A DNA stretch of 62,941 nt, the filler included, from Diploschistes diacapsis (taxonomy: Eukaryota), in the NCBI GenBank assembly GCA_023645945.1. It is 27 parts of 27 records of this genome, joined end to end, with 100 filler letters (N's around TTAATTAATTAA, not from the genome) between each part and the next. Parts side by side here need not be neighbours in the genome. Positions count along the whole stretch, not along the records: positions 11,147 to 32,823 come from JALAIB010000300.1; positions 32,924 to 34,412 come from JALAIB010003000.1; positions 34,513 to 36,001 come from JALAIB010003001.1; positions 36,102 to 37,590 come from JALAIB010003002.1; positions 37,691 to 39,179 come from JALAIB010003003.1; 22 more parts are not named here. One strand, given 5' to 3'. The stretch's first letter is position 1, and the number at the start of each line of letters is the position of its first letter. Shown one piece after another: positions 25,769-38,108 of the stretch. The notes below the pieces were generated by a model. It searched no databases and was not told where the DNA came from. It was given only the letters and a program-made list of their open reading frames with translations. The position numbers and the translations under genes are program-made.

Positions 25769-27061
25769 ATGCCGGGCAGAAGCCTCCCTACGCTACCTAC
25801 GAGCGATGTCGAATCTCACAGCACCTTCAAGTCGTGCTACGTTACAATTGGGACCAAGGTCTTTGACGTTACAGATTTCTTAGGGGACCACCCGGGGGGT
25901 GGAGACTTGATTCTCGAGTATGGTGGGAAAGACGTCACGAAGATTATGGGGGACGAAGTATCGCACACACACTCGGAGGCTGCATACGAGATTCTCGACG
26001 AACATCTGATAGGCTTCGTAGCAAGTAAAAAGGTTATGGACGTCGCGACGGAAGTCGATGGGGCAGACAATATCCTTCCGTTACCGCCAAACGCAAAAGG
26101 AATGAAGGAGTTGGAGAAGAGGGGAGCTGCGATCGGAGTCGCCACTGAACCCGTCTATGCGACCACGGGAATTTCATCAGCAGCAGATCTTTCGAAAGAG
26201 ACGGACTATAACACTGACTACAAGGTGCACAAGTTCCTGGATCTCAACAAACCGCTGTTCATGCAGGTTTGGAATGGGGGCTTTAGTAAGGATTTCTACC
26301 TGGAGCAAGTCCACAGACCACGGCATTACAGGGGGGGGAATTCGGCGCCATTATTCGGAAACTTTCTCGAACCTCTGAGTTTGACGCCATGGTGGGTTAT
26401 CCCGACAGTATGGCTCCCTCCTATAGCATATGGGACCCATACAGCATACAATAACCTTTCCGGTGGATTAGAAACTATGCTCTATTTGATTACAGGTCTT
26501 GCAGTATGGACGATAATTGAATATGGCCTTCATCGGGGTCTTTTCCACATGGACCGGTACGTACCTAACGCCCGAGCACTCCAAGATGAGGCTGACGATT
26601 TCTAGCTACCTCCCCGACAACCGTGTTGGCATCACAGCTCACTTCCTGCTTCATGGTATCCACCACTATCTACCAATGGACAAGTACCGCCTAGTTATGC
26701 CGCCGACCCTTCTTGTCGTTCTTGCCCTGCCGTTCTGGAAAGTCGCTCACCTAATCTTCTTCCACGACTGGTATGCGGGACTGGCAGGCTTTTGCGGCGG
26801 ACTCTTTGGCTACACTATATACGACATGACGCATTACTTTTTGCACCACCGAAAGTACGATCAAGCACCCATTTTTGGTGTGGAAGTTGCTAACGTATTC
26901 GAAGCTTGCCTGCTTACTACCGTGAGCTGAAAAAGTATCACCTACAGCATCACTTCGCAGATTTCGAGAACGGATTTGGAGTCTCCTCTCGATTCTGGGA
27001 CAGGGTGTTTGGAACCGAATTGCGGTCTGCTCCGCCTGCGAAAGTCCTCAAAACAGCCTAA
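25769..27061 (+). CDS. SCS7: Sphingolipid (ceramide very-long-chain fatty acid) alpha-hydroxylase with N-terminal cytochrome b5; exons 25769-26556, 26606-26854, 26905-27061
   Basis: Heme motif DHPGG, EQVHRPRHY, and His boxes EYGLHRGLFH, HFLLHGIHH, HYFLHH and YHLQHHF, then NGFGVSSRFWDRVFGT. Confidence 0.96.
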
Positions 27062-27881
27062 AGCACTTCTCATTGCATATGCATCGTTTTAAACTATCAT
27101 TGAAGCATCCCCCTACACCAGTATATAGATTTAGGCGGATCAATTTCAATACCCTGTAAATGATCGAAAACCCAAGAGTACCAGTTATTAGTGTTGGCAA
27201 CCCACTCTTTATTTCCATTGTTAACACTTCTTGTTTGGCTTTCCTTTGCACAACGATGCATGTTATGGAAAGTCACCGAACTTGCCGGCTCTATGTTGTA
27301 GCTACACAAAGTTGCTCTATATACGCGAAACAGGTCACCACAACCTGAAGGACCTTTTTCTAGAAGCATTTTTCGAGCAAAGGCATGTACTACTACAGTA
27401 CATTATATATTTGTGTTACAGCGCTAGTACGCACGGAACTATTCTTCCATATTAATGTCAATGCCTCCTCTAATTCGATATTCTATTTATTTCCCCAGAG
27501 TTGACACATTTCCATCCGCGGCGGCGGCTGAACGATTTGCCGAACACTTTTCTTGAGCGCCGGGACTTCTCAGGCCTCAGGCCCACTTTCACATCTCATC
27601 CTAGTCAAAGTCTCCGCACTTGTGCTGTCTTTTTATCTTTCACAATTCTTTTAGTTTAGCTCACTTATGATCCGCAACTGGACCATCTAGATTCAAACCA
27701 GAGGCATTACGCATGGTCTTTTAGGTCGATCACATAACAGACGATCGCGGAAGGACTAGTATTTGAAGGGTTCGAGCGACAGTGCTGTCTTCCCGTTGGA
27801 ACCTTCTAACTTGATCAAAGTGAACAACACCCTTTCCACTCTTCACCAAGTCTCTGCCAAAACATAGCATTCTTTGCAGTC

Positions 27882-29806
27882 ATGTCGGGCCTTGACGTGG
27901 AAGCACTCTTAGATTCTACTGCCACTGCGGCTCCCTCCTCAGACGCCAAAAAATCTAGGACCAAAGACAGAGGCGACCGTCATGAGGGTGATCGACACCG
28001 GCGTGACAAAGACCGCTATCCCGATGTCAGCAAGGACCGTGATCGAGATCGCAAGCGGCGTGACCGAAGTCATGACCGAAGCAGGAAAGATAGTCGAGAG
28101 AGAAAGCGCGATAGGGACGGCAATGGCGAGGAAGCTTTGAAAAGCCCGGATGGCATCAACGGTCACCGTAGTAGCAGACGCAGAAGTCGAAGCCGTGACA
28201 GCCATCGTTCCCGCCGACATCGCGAAGACGAAGAAGACCGTCGTGGTTCCGCTGGAGACTACTATCGAGGCGGTGGGCGAGCCCGTACACGATCAAGATC
28301 TCCTAACGATGATAGATATTATCGTCCCGGCGGTGGCAGAGGTCGTCGAGATGAAGAAGATAGATTCAGAGAGCGTAGCCCTCGCCGTGAACGAGAAGAA
28401 CCGAAAAAGCGCACTCCAAGTCCCAGGAAGAAGAGCAAGTCCCCAACACCACAGCCTACTGAGGATGAGCGTGATAGGCGGACTGTGTTTGTACAGCAAC
28501 TTGCCGCAAGGCTGCGGACCAAAGAACTCATTAGTTTCTTTGAAAAGGTCGGCCCAGTGAAGGAGGCACAAATTGTTAAGGATAGAGTCAGCGGTAGATC
28601 TAAAGGGTATGTTTGTCAGCATGATATGATCTGATAAATCCTTAACAAGTTCCAGTGTTGGCTACGTCGAGTTCAAGAACGAAGGCTCAGTTCCCGCAGC
28701 TATCCAACTTACCGGGCAGAAGCTTTTAGGCATTCCCATTATCGCCCAGCTCACAGAAGCAGAGAAGAATCGACAGGCACGCAACCCCGAAGCTAGCAGC
28801 AGCAATCCCAGTTCGATTCCATTTCACCGGCTTTACGTAGGCAACATCCATTTCAGTATCACTGAAAGCGACCTGCAGAATGTCTTTGAGCCTTTCGGTG
28901 AACTTGAATTTGTGCAGCTTCAGAAGGAGGAACAGGGCCGCAGCAGAGGATATGGATTTGTTCAGTAAGTGAAAATGGCCCATATATTTTTCGATGAATG
29001 CTGCTTACCTTCTCCAGGTTCCGTGATCCAGCCCAAGCTCGAGATGCTCTTGAGAAAATGAATGGCTTCGATCTTGCTGGTAGACCAATTCGTGTGGGCC
29101 TCGGAAACGATAAGTTCACCCCCGAGTCAACCGCCAACCTTCTTCAAAGATTTCAGGGTGATCAGCGCAGCTTCCAAGGCTCAGCCTTTTCTGGATCTGG
29201 AGGCCGCGGTGCTCATGCTGGTGGCAACAGCAACTTTGACCGTGCTGGTGGCCGCGATAATGAAAAAGGTGCTGGAGGTGCCAGTGCTCTTGATGACACC
29301 GACGTGGCGGGGGTAAATTTCAATAACTACAGCAGAGATGCGTTGATGAGGAAGCTAGCACGCACCGAAGAACCCGCTCCAGAACCCGATGACAAGCGCA
29401 AGGCGAGTAAGGTAAAGACGGAAAGTAAACCTCTTCCGGTCAACGTCAGTCAGGCCAGTCGCTGCGTGTTATTGCGAAACATGTTCAACGCTGCTGAGTA
29501 AGTAATGAAAGCTGTTCGTTTATTGCGTGGGCGCTAATGCTTTGTAGGGAAGAAGGAGACGCCTGGGTAAAGGAGCTTGAGGACGACGTTCGGGCTGAGT
29601 GTGAAGACAAGTATGGTCACGTTGTTCACACTTCTCTAGATCCAAACAGCCAAGGGGACATCTACCTCAAATTCTCATCCGTTCAGGGAGGTGAGAATGC
29701 CATCAAGGGCCTCAACGGCAGATTTTTTGGTGGGCGCCAAATCAGCGCGCAGCCTATTGTTGATGCAGTCTACAGCAGCTTGTTCTCTCGTGCTAGGGCA
29801 ATGTAG
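27882..29806 (+). CDS. pad-1: RBM39/CAPER-like splicing factor (Pad-1/Rsd1): RS domain, two RRMs, UHM; exons 27882-28606, 28656-28964, 29018-29497, 29548-29806
   Basis: Arg/Asp/Ser-rich N-terminus, [59 protein letters not shown] and [11 protein letters not shown]. Three in-phase GT-AG introns. Confidence 0.95.
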
Positions 29807-32370
29807 ATGCGGGCGAGGAGATGCCAGTCTCTGACGACATTCGACGATCAGCTCTTTGTATTAGAAGATATCACCAATGCTTTACCACTACTAGTAGGTA
29901 TCTAAACAAGGGCCAACGCACTGACGCTTAGGACTAGGGGACTGCACTAGCTTACTGCCTCTCTGTATGCGCTTATCTTGCATAAATACCGTCAGCCCGT
30001 CCTCACCATTACTACCTCTGTAACCGGACGGATCCCGTAGGTAGTTGGCTTATGACCGAACACAAGAATGAATAGCACTGCACATGCAAATCATGCCACA
30101 AGCAGATCACTCTTTGCTTCATAGATTGTATGCTATACGATGGTCATCTTTAAAGCTTTCCTACTGCATAGCCTGCTCTCTGTACATGTGCCTAACCGCC
30201 AATCTCCACACAGTGTATTCTTCACAACCCTATGAATCTATCCCCCATCACTGCCCATGCCGCTCGAACGTTTCCTACCTGTCCCCGTCAGTATCACATA
30301 GCACGTTAAAGTGCATTTTTGGTTAGCGCATATGGTATACTAACTGGCATTGCATACTGGTCATAAATGATGGACCAACGACATGTGACGCATCTTGTGG
30401 TATCTCGAAGATTCCCTCGAACCTTCATTAGATAATCAAGACACTTTACACCCTATTATACCAGACTGCCTTTCTACTACTACATTCGATCATCGCATGC
30501 TATGCTAACTTAGTGACCTACCATTCATAAACGCGTTATGACTGTTCTGTGTCGCTAGACGGTCTATAAAGCCCTCATATGCCTGGCCATGTGTGCTGAT
30601 GGCCCTGGCCTTTCTTTTATACCCTCCGTGCTTCTTCCTGAGAAAACCGCTTCCTCCACAGGGTCAGAAAGAGTGGCTGAGTCTCTCTGGTGGAAGAATG
30701 AGGTATTGTTCATAACAACGGCGGCAGTAAGAAAGAGAAAAGAGAGCAGAAAGAAAAGGGGAAGAGTGGCAAGTGTGGCGAGAGCTGATACAGGCCCATT
30801 TGCACGACGAGGATTCTCTCGAATACTGTGTTATCATCCATGGCTTTCTGTGTGAGCTGCAGTGAGCTGCGACAGAGTAGGGATTTAGCATGGCAGGTGG
30901 GTTCCTTTTTGAATATGGAGAACACGTACTGGTGATTAGTCTGGCACGGCGAAAAGCTGTGGACAGCTGTCGAAGTCTGCTCTTCCTGAAGAGATGATTC
31001 TCCTTCTTATTGAATTTGGTACGGCTTCCAAGATGGTGTCGAAGGAATGAAGCTTGACTCTAACACCAATGCAGCTCGAGAATGATAAGAGCGATTCTCT
31101 GCAGGCTGGGTGTTCTTGGTGTTTATATATATTGGGACACTGCCAATTTGGAATCTCCTGCCCCTTGCTCAGCGGCCATGAGTGTTATTCAAGGCTTAGC
31201 CCTGTTTTGCTTGGAGAAATGTATCGACGACCACTGGCGCATTCTGTTTTGATGGTTAGTCGTTGCCTGAAATTCTTCGACGACCAATCTTCTATTTAAG
31301 CATGGTATCTTCTTAGAAAGTTGTCCTCTTCTTCATCATTCCACCTTCTTTCCGTCCACATCTTCCTGCAGCATCGCAGAAGCTGCTCTTGAACTCCATA
31401 CCAAAGATAGCTTTGTTATTCGAGCCTGACTCGGTTCATGCTGTAAGTGCAATCATGCATTATCTTCCGCATTCAGGCCAGCACACCGTGTCCTTACTGT
31501 ACTTATCGGCCGGTCCATCTATCCGCAGGTTCATAGGGAAGGTTCCCCCGTTTATGTAATGCTTATCATCTTATATTTTTGATCTCCTTTCGGGGCCTTA
31601 CAGCCCGTGGTCTCATATCCAGGAACCTCGTGACTATTCAGAAGAGACTCAGCCGCTCATGTGATATTCTAGATTCCGTCGTCTTCTCACCTCTTAACAG
31701 TAATCAGACTATCCCTTGCCAGCTTTTCAGTACGATATTCTCTCATGATCAAGGGGTATCGTTACTGTAATGTATGTTGCTTCCCACACTGTATAGGACA
31801 ATACAAATACTATTTAGAAATATGGCGTGTCATAGGATGTCATATATAGCATATGTTTCCCCGTTGATTTTACTTTAGGAAGCACCATCACTTCGTCCGG
31901 CTCCTATCTTGAGCGTGACGATCCGTCCCTGTACTTGAACCACTGAAATCCCGAAAACAAAGAACCAACAACCAGCAGCTTTTAAAAGCTCATTCTAGTT
32001 TGGAAACTCTAAAGATAAAGGATAACTATTTATAAATGAGAGCGAGACATTCCGTTATGAGCTCAATCCCTCTTAGGTACGGAATAGGGAATCGTTGTAG
32101 CCATGGATTCAAGCAGCTACTGAGTGAATCTGTAGTTAACTCGGTGAAGAATTCTCAGCAACTTGACAGGTACATCTTCAGAACGATTCCAAATCCAGAT
32201 CAAAACCCCTTCACTTAAAAAAGCTCTCAACGCCAAATTAAATTCTTAGATTATGCTGGAAAAGAGGTTGTTCAAAAATCCCGCTTTCAACTGCAGATTA
32301 TAAAAGACAGTAGTTCTTACCAACACTCCCAGGTTCCTATCAATGAGCTTTACACTGGTTAACAGCATTG

Positions 32371-32790
32371 TGTTATGATCTCTATCTCTACAAGGTAGAC
32401 ACGAGGTATTGATCAAGGTGGGTTTGGTCTCGTTTAGAAGAGGAGTGCAAGCAGGAGAAGAAGGTAAAACAATTATAAGTCTTAAACTATTTCTGGAAAG
32501 AAGGCTCTTTAATAATAGAAGTAACGAATATAAATTAATCCCGAGTAATAATGAAGAATGTTTATAAAAATAAACACGTCTTAAACTTATAAAAATAATA
32601 ACGACGTTTTTATATAATTAACAGCTCCCTTAATAAAATAAATAAATAAATGAATAGAACTACCGTTCTCCTTTTCTATCTATAACCGGGTAAAACGGTT
32701 TCTCAGACTTTTTATTCATCACGTGACCCATATTACCTTAATTAGACTATATATAAAAAATAATTGGGAAATGCCCGACTAGCTGTTACA
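32371..32790 (-). mobile_element. Complete family C LTR (420 bp), probably solo
   Basis: TGTAACAGC...GATCATAACA on the minus strand. Flanks CATTG and TATTA fit a RIP-altered 5-bp TSD. Confidence 0.8.
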
Positions 32791-33671
32791 TATTAAATAC
32801 TACCGTCTAATATCTTGAATCGTNNNNNNNNNNNNNNNNNNNNNNNNNNNNNNNNNNNNNNNNNNNNTTAATTAATTAANNNNNNNNNNNNNNNNNNNNN
32901 NNNNNNNNNNNNNNNNNNNNNNNTCCCATACCCGTCCCATACCATATATACATAGCTGATTTTATAAACTATAAACTATAATATATTTCGCACTAGCTGG
33001 CTAGCGCTTACCCTTTTATCTCCATTTATCCGGGCAATCGCACCAACCACACAAACCACCCGGCTTGCCCTTCCGTAACCTGCACCACCCATACTCCATA
33101 GCATGTGGGTGGGACCCCATTGTCTTATCTACCTTCCGCTTATATCGTGCATCTCTCTCACGGAGGCTAAGGGGACAGACAGAGGGGGAGGGAGGCCCTT
33201 TTGTGCAGTAGCATATGTCTTGTTGTTGCTGTTAACTTTGTTATACTGGCCCTCGACCTCGGACGACTTTACCGCATGCGGAAGTAGCGTAGGTGAGACA
33301 TACGTGGTAGCGCACAAATTAAAACACGATTTATAACAAAAAGAAAGAAAAAAGATCAGTGGCCCGGAAGTGCGCCCAAAAGAAGCCTAATCCGACCGAC
33401 GGATAAGGATAAGGCGTAAGGTGGGGTGGATTGCAACCTTTCTTAAATCCTTCAACCCTAAGGCGCTGGCGATGCCGACGAAAACTGCCTGTGCTACTAA
33501 CTAAGTCAGCAGCAGCATAGTCGCAGTAGCAACTGTCGCCAAGTCGCCCTTTTCTGTAACTGCTGCCCTTCGTACACTCTTCTCACCTTTTGTGACTGCT
33601 GCATGACCTTTTCCGTCGTCCGGTTCCGAGCAAGGCGACGGCCGTGCTCGTATGCGCTTGTCACCTGCCTG

Positions 33672-34412
33672 TCACCGCGGACCATCATGCCTCGCAGCAA
33701 CAACCCACCAGTTATCACGCTCCCACCCTCCATCCAGCACCTTGCCCCCCGCGACCTCCACGTCCTCGTCGAGCTCTCCGCGCTTGTAGAGGTGGTAGTA
33801 TCGGTAGTACGTCTTCCCTGCGCCCTCCAGCTTCGAGTCGTCCTCGGGACTTGCGGCGGCCTCATCCCCGTTCACATCCAACCCTCTTACCCGTCTAGCT
33901 GCTGTGCCAGCGTCGGCTACCACTCCACTTCCGTTTTGTGAACTGGCCATCTCTTCCTGCTGCTCCACATCTCCCTTTCCTCTCTGCCGCGACCGTAAAT
34001 CACCCCCCCGTTTCGTCTCCTCCTCTTTCTTCTCACCCCTCTTCTCGCCCCTTTTCTCGCCCTTCATAACCCAAGGAACCATCACGTCCTGCTCGTCTCC
34101 CTCGCTCCAGCCCCTGCGCGACGCCTTCTGCTCGAGCGCCCAGACGAAAATCAAAGCCTTGCCGCCGTGCTCCGAAGAAGCCGTGTTCGCCATTCGCTCC
34201 TTGTCCTCCCCGTCTCCACTTGCCCCTGTCGCCCCTTTATCCCTGGCGTTATCGGCAGAATGAGGAGGCCTCCAGGGCTTGAGGGCGTCGAGGATCGATT
34301 TCAGCCCCTCCACTCGCCGCTTTCGGGTGGAGAGGTGGTGCAGGACGGCGATGGAGATAGCAAAGTCAAAGCGTGAGTGAGGGTGGGGGAGGGAGAGGGT
34401 GGAGGATTGGAG
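33672..34412 (-). CDS. TRM9: tRNA (carboxymethyluridine-34) methyltransferase, 3' partial
   Basis: LPHPHSRFDFAISIAVLHHLSTRKRR, ALIFVWALEQ, QDVMVPWV, YYRYYHLYKRGEL and WERDNWWVV. Confidence 0.92.
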   Translation of the reverse strand, partial: LQSSTLSLPHPHSRFDFAISIAVLHHLSTRKRRVEGLKSILDALKPWRPPHSADNARDKGATGASGDGEDKERMANTASSEHGGKALIFVWALEQKASRRGWSEGDEQDVMVPWVMKGEKRGEKRGEKKEEETKRGGDLRSRQRGKGDVEQQEEMASSQNGSGVVADAGTAARRVRGLDVNGDEAAASPEDDSKLEGAGKTYYRYYHLYKRGELDEDVEVAGGKVLDGGWERDNWWVVAARHDGPR

Positions 34413-34512
34413 NNNNNNNNNNNNNNNNNNNNNNNNNNNNNNNNNNNNNNNNNNNNTTAATTAATTAANNNNNNNNNNNNNNNNNNNNNNNNNNNNNNNN
34501 NNNNNNNNNNNN

Positions 34513-35833
34513 GAATACAGCAATAGAACTCTACTAAATTTCGATAATTATCGAGGAAAAAGGTTTTCGAATATCAATTAAGTAAATCTAAATTCAGGTC
34601 CTGAACTTTAACTTAATTTAATCAATTTAACTCTCCTAGAACAGCGTAGTCGATACCCGCGTTTTATTGATAAGTAATTTAACTTCTACTTTAAATTTAA
34701 TTACCCTAGAGTGCTATAATCTAGATCTTAAGTTTTTAAGATCTCTTCAATTTAATCTATAATAAATAACGTAATTAGATCTCGTAGTCGTAACGGTAAC
34801 ACCTACCCAGAAATATTACTTTTAATATATAAACGCGACGGGATAGTAAACTAATCCTAACTCATAACATTTTAAATAACGCATATATTAAAGTCTAGAT
34901 ATCTAGAAATCTAACTAAAAAAAATAATCTACATATAAACTTTTATATCAATAAGATCCATTAAACCTTATAGACTTGTACTACTCCCGATTAAGATTAA
35001 TAGGAACCCCAGTAGGTTCAGCCGAACTGAACCTGAACCTGAGGTTCAGCTGAACTTCCCAGCCATGCATTCTGCCTGCCTGCTCAACACGAATAATGAA
35101 AATAAATATCTCGTTAATATCGATTCTTTTCTACTACGAAAACCTTCTTGCGACTAATTTAACCTTAAATTTCTTAATATCGTTATTAAGATTATATTTC
35201 ACGTCGAATACCTATTTTGAGCTTATTATGTTGGTATTCTTTAGTTCAGGTAGTTCAGTTTAAATCTGATTTAGGAATAAAAAATCGATTTCTTTTCCTA
35301 TTACTTCTTTCTATTCTTTTCTAAAGATTAGGTTATTGATAACCTTTCTATAGGTCTTTAGAATGTTAATTCGAGATAATCTTGGTTTAACGGCGCTAAT
35401 TATTTCTTACTCGCTGGCGATTAGCGCGATATAACTCCTTAAAATTTTAATCGACGAATATCTTTTATTATCTCGTTTTCGTTTATTAGTAATAAGAATC
35501 GTGTTAAATAGCTTTTTGTCCTAATACGTAATTATTATTATTAATATATTATTCATGTTCATTTTGATTGGTTCAGATTTAGAGTGAAATTCGGGTTTAA
35601 ATTTAAATTCAGGTTTAATATTTCTTTTTAGAATTTCTACTCGTAAGAACTTTTTAACTAAAACATCGGCCCTTAGGGTGCTGTGATCTGCAGCCGATTT
35701 AAATGGTTTAGCATCTTTTATCTAATCTTTTAAAGTATAGGCCTTTAGGGTGCTGTGATCCACCGTTGGTTTAAATGATTCAGTATGTTCGTTCTGAATT
35801 TCTTATTTTTATATTATTGATGTTCTATTGTCG
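34513..35833 (-). mobile_element. Family F LTR (begins 35089) inserted in a RIP-degraded Ty1/Copia pol fragment (35090-35833)
   Basis: LTR starts TGTTGAGCAGGCAGGCAGAATGC. The internal part is the reverse complement of the copia RT region at 41050-41640. Confidence 0.75.
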
Positions 35834-36101
35834 TGTAAAGGTTAATACTACAGTGTGACAATAAGGCAGATAAGTGGCTATTCGGTAGCTAGATCTTTGC
35901 TAAACGATAGATGTACTGATGAAATAACTTCTGAAAAACTATCTCTATCTACGAAAATTTTGTTTTTATATAAGAACACGCTAGCGGATTTTGATATATA
36001 CNNNNNNNNNNNNNNNNNNNNNNNNNNNNNNNNNNNNNNNNNNNNTTAATTAATTAANNNNNNNNNNNNNNNNNNNNNNNNNNNNNNNNNNNNNNNNNNN
36101 N

Positions 36102-36670
36102 GAGATATAGAATACTAAATAAATCCTAGAATATTTCTACGGTAATGATAAACGGTACGTTTGTTCCTCGATAGTGTTTAACACGCGAAACGGTTTAATA
36201 TATTTATATAATAACTTCTTGCTGGGTTTCTTTTGTTGTAAATTTTTGGTTAAAAGCTACATTAGATCTTTTATATTGTAAATCTTTGGCTATCGATTTT
36301 AATCGTAATATTTTTTCTGTTATTCTTAGGTAACTATTAAATTATTGGTTAATAGTTTTCTTGCTTCTTTAATTTCTTTTAGCCGTTTCGTTACGGCTAG
36401 TACTTCCTTTTCCCTATATTCGTCCTCAAATATCTATTACATCGTCGGCTCGTAACCATATAATGCTTTAAAAGGGGTTTATTTTTGTATTAGAATTCAT
36501 AGAGGAATTATACGTAAATTCGGCTAAATATAATAATTCTAATTAATCCTCTTGATCCGTACCGCAGTATATTCGTAAATAATGTTCGATTATTTAATTC
36601 TGGTGTTCTGTTTATCTATCGGTTTAAAAATAGAAAGTTATGTTAAACTTATTTTTTATTTTTATTTAAT
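36102..36670 (-). mobile_element. RIP-degraded Ty3/Gypsy integrase fragment
   Basis: Minus strand reads QTEHQN*IIEHYLRIYC...LAEFTYNSS...ITPFKAL. Confidence 0.75.
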
Positions 36671-36671
36671 A

Positions 36672-37532
36672 ACGTGTTTCACGGGGATTCCGGTCATCTC
36701 CAGATTCCGGCCACCTTAAGTCACTACCGCCAACATTTTACGGTTTTTAGATATAATTTTTTTGTCGCAATTAGAACCTAATCGATTTGAATCGAATCTA
36801 TTTTTTTCTTCTTCATCCTTCTCGATTTTAAAAACGCGACGACGTTTTTTACGCGTTATAAGTCGTTTTAAAATTGTTTAACTCGATTTAACCCGAGCTG
36901 TTATTTTAAGAACTTCGTCTGTATTAAATATAAAACGATCTTTTAATTCGATTCGTTTATTTAATTTACGTTTTTTACGATTATTAAGAAGCGTTTTTTG
37001 CTCTCGGTTTTCTTTACGAAGCGTTATGAATTTAATATGCGTCGATTTAAATATACGGGTTATTCGACTCGAATAACGTCGAATCGGGTTGGTTAGTTTT
37101 GGAACAGCTCGTAATGTTTAATTAAACTTTTTATTAGTCTTTCGCAGTTCGGTCGTGTTTGGTGGAGAATTATATAATAAGGATAAATCTATATCGAATT
37201 GATTCGAGGTTGAAAGAGGGCTATAAGATGGAAATGAAGGGGTTCGGTAGGTCGAATAGAGTTTATTAAACACGGTTATGGGATTAATAGGTTATAATCT
37301 AACATTTATAAAACCTGTCTGAGCGTTTCGATTCGTAATAATTCGATTCCGAATTATTAAAAATAATTCGATTTATTCTGAACGTATTATACGCGATTTA
37401 TTTAGTCGAATAATATGATCCGTTTCTTACGCCAACGCGCTTTTTAACGGCGAAAACATTGCGACATCGAATGATTAAAAAAGATAAAAATTATACGATA
37501 ATAATATTATTAAATCGATTCGATTAGACATA
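36672..37532 (-). mobile_element. Fot1/pogo (Tc1-mariner superfamily) transposon 3' half: TIR plus RIP-degraded DDE transposase
   Basis: TA|ACGTGTTTCACGGGGATTCCGG..CCGGCCACC TIR. The minus strand keeps DVAMFSPLKSAL of the PPHSSHLLQPLDVxxFSPLK motif. Related pieces at 9557-9643, 37533-37590, 37978-38108, 51970-52257, 59114-59783 and 60669-61362. Confidence 0.85.
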
Positions 37533-38108
37533 ACGTGTTTGACGGTCAGCTCGGCCACCCCCAAAGCTCGGCCACTTTTGCCAAGAAATANNNNNNNNNN
37601 NNNNNNNNNNNNNNNNNNNNNNNNNNNNNNNNNNTTAATTAATTAANNNNNNNNNNNNNNNNNNNNNNNNNNNNNNNNNNNNNNNNNNNNGTCCGTGACG
37701 GCCAGCCTAAAATAAAATATTATTGGAATATATTATTTTTAACGATAGAATGATTTTTATTAAATTTACGAAATGATTAAATTATTCGAAATATAATATC
37801 TATTGAACAGACAGGTAAAAAGCATAACTAAGGATTCGACTAAATTTTAAAAGAAGGTTTAATTTAACTAAACTTCGAGATTTAATTTAATTAAATCTTT
37901 TAAAGTTTTAATTAAACCGATTAAGAAATAATATAAATAATAAAACTTAACGTATCTTACGAAAATAAAAATCTATAACGTGTTTCACGGGGATTCCGGC
38001 CACCCTTAGATTCCGGCCACCTTAAATCACTACCGCCAACATTGTACGGTTTTGAAATATAACCTATTCGTCGCAATCAGAATCTAATCGATTAGAATTA
38101 AATCTATC

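Noticed and set aside
23691..29806. URA3-SCS7-pad-1 as a functional gene cluster or marker cassette
   Set aside because: Unrelated housekeeping genes with native introns and no vector sequence.
31290..31370. Myb-like WTERRWNDEEEDNFL peptide on the minus strand
   Set aside because: Only about 20 codons before a stop, with no supporting exons.
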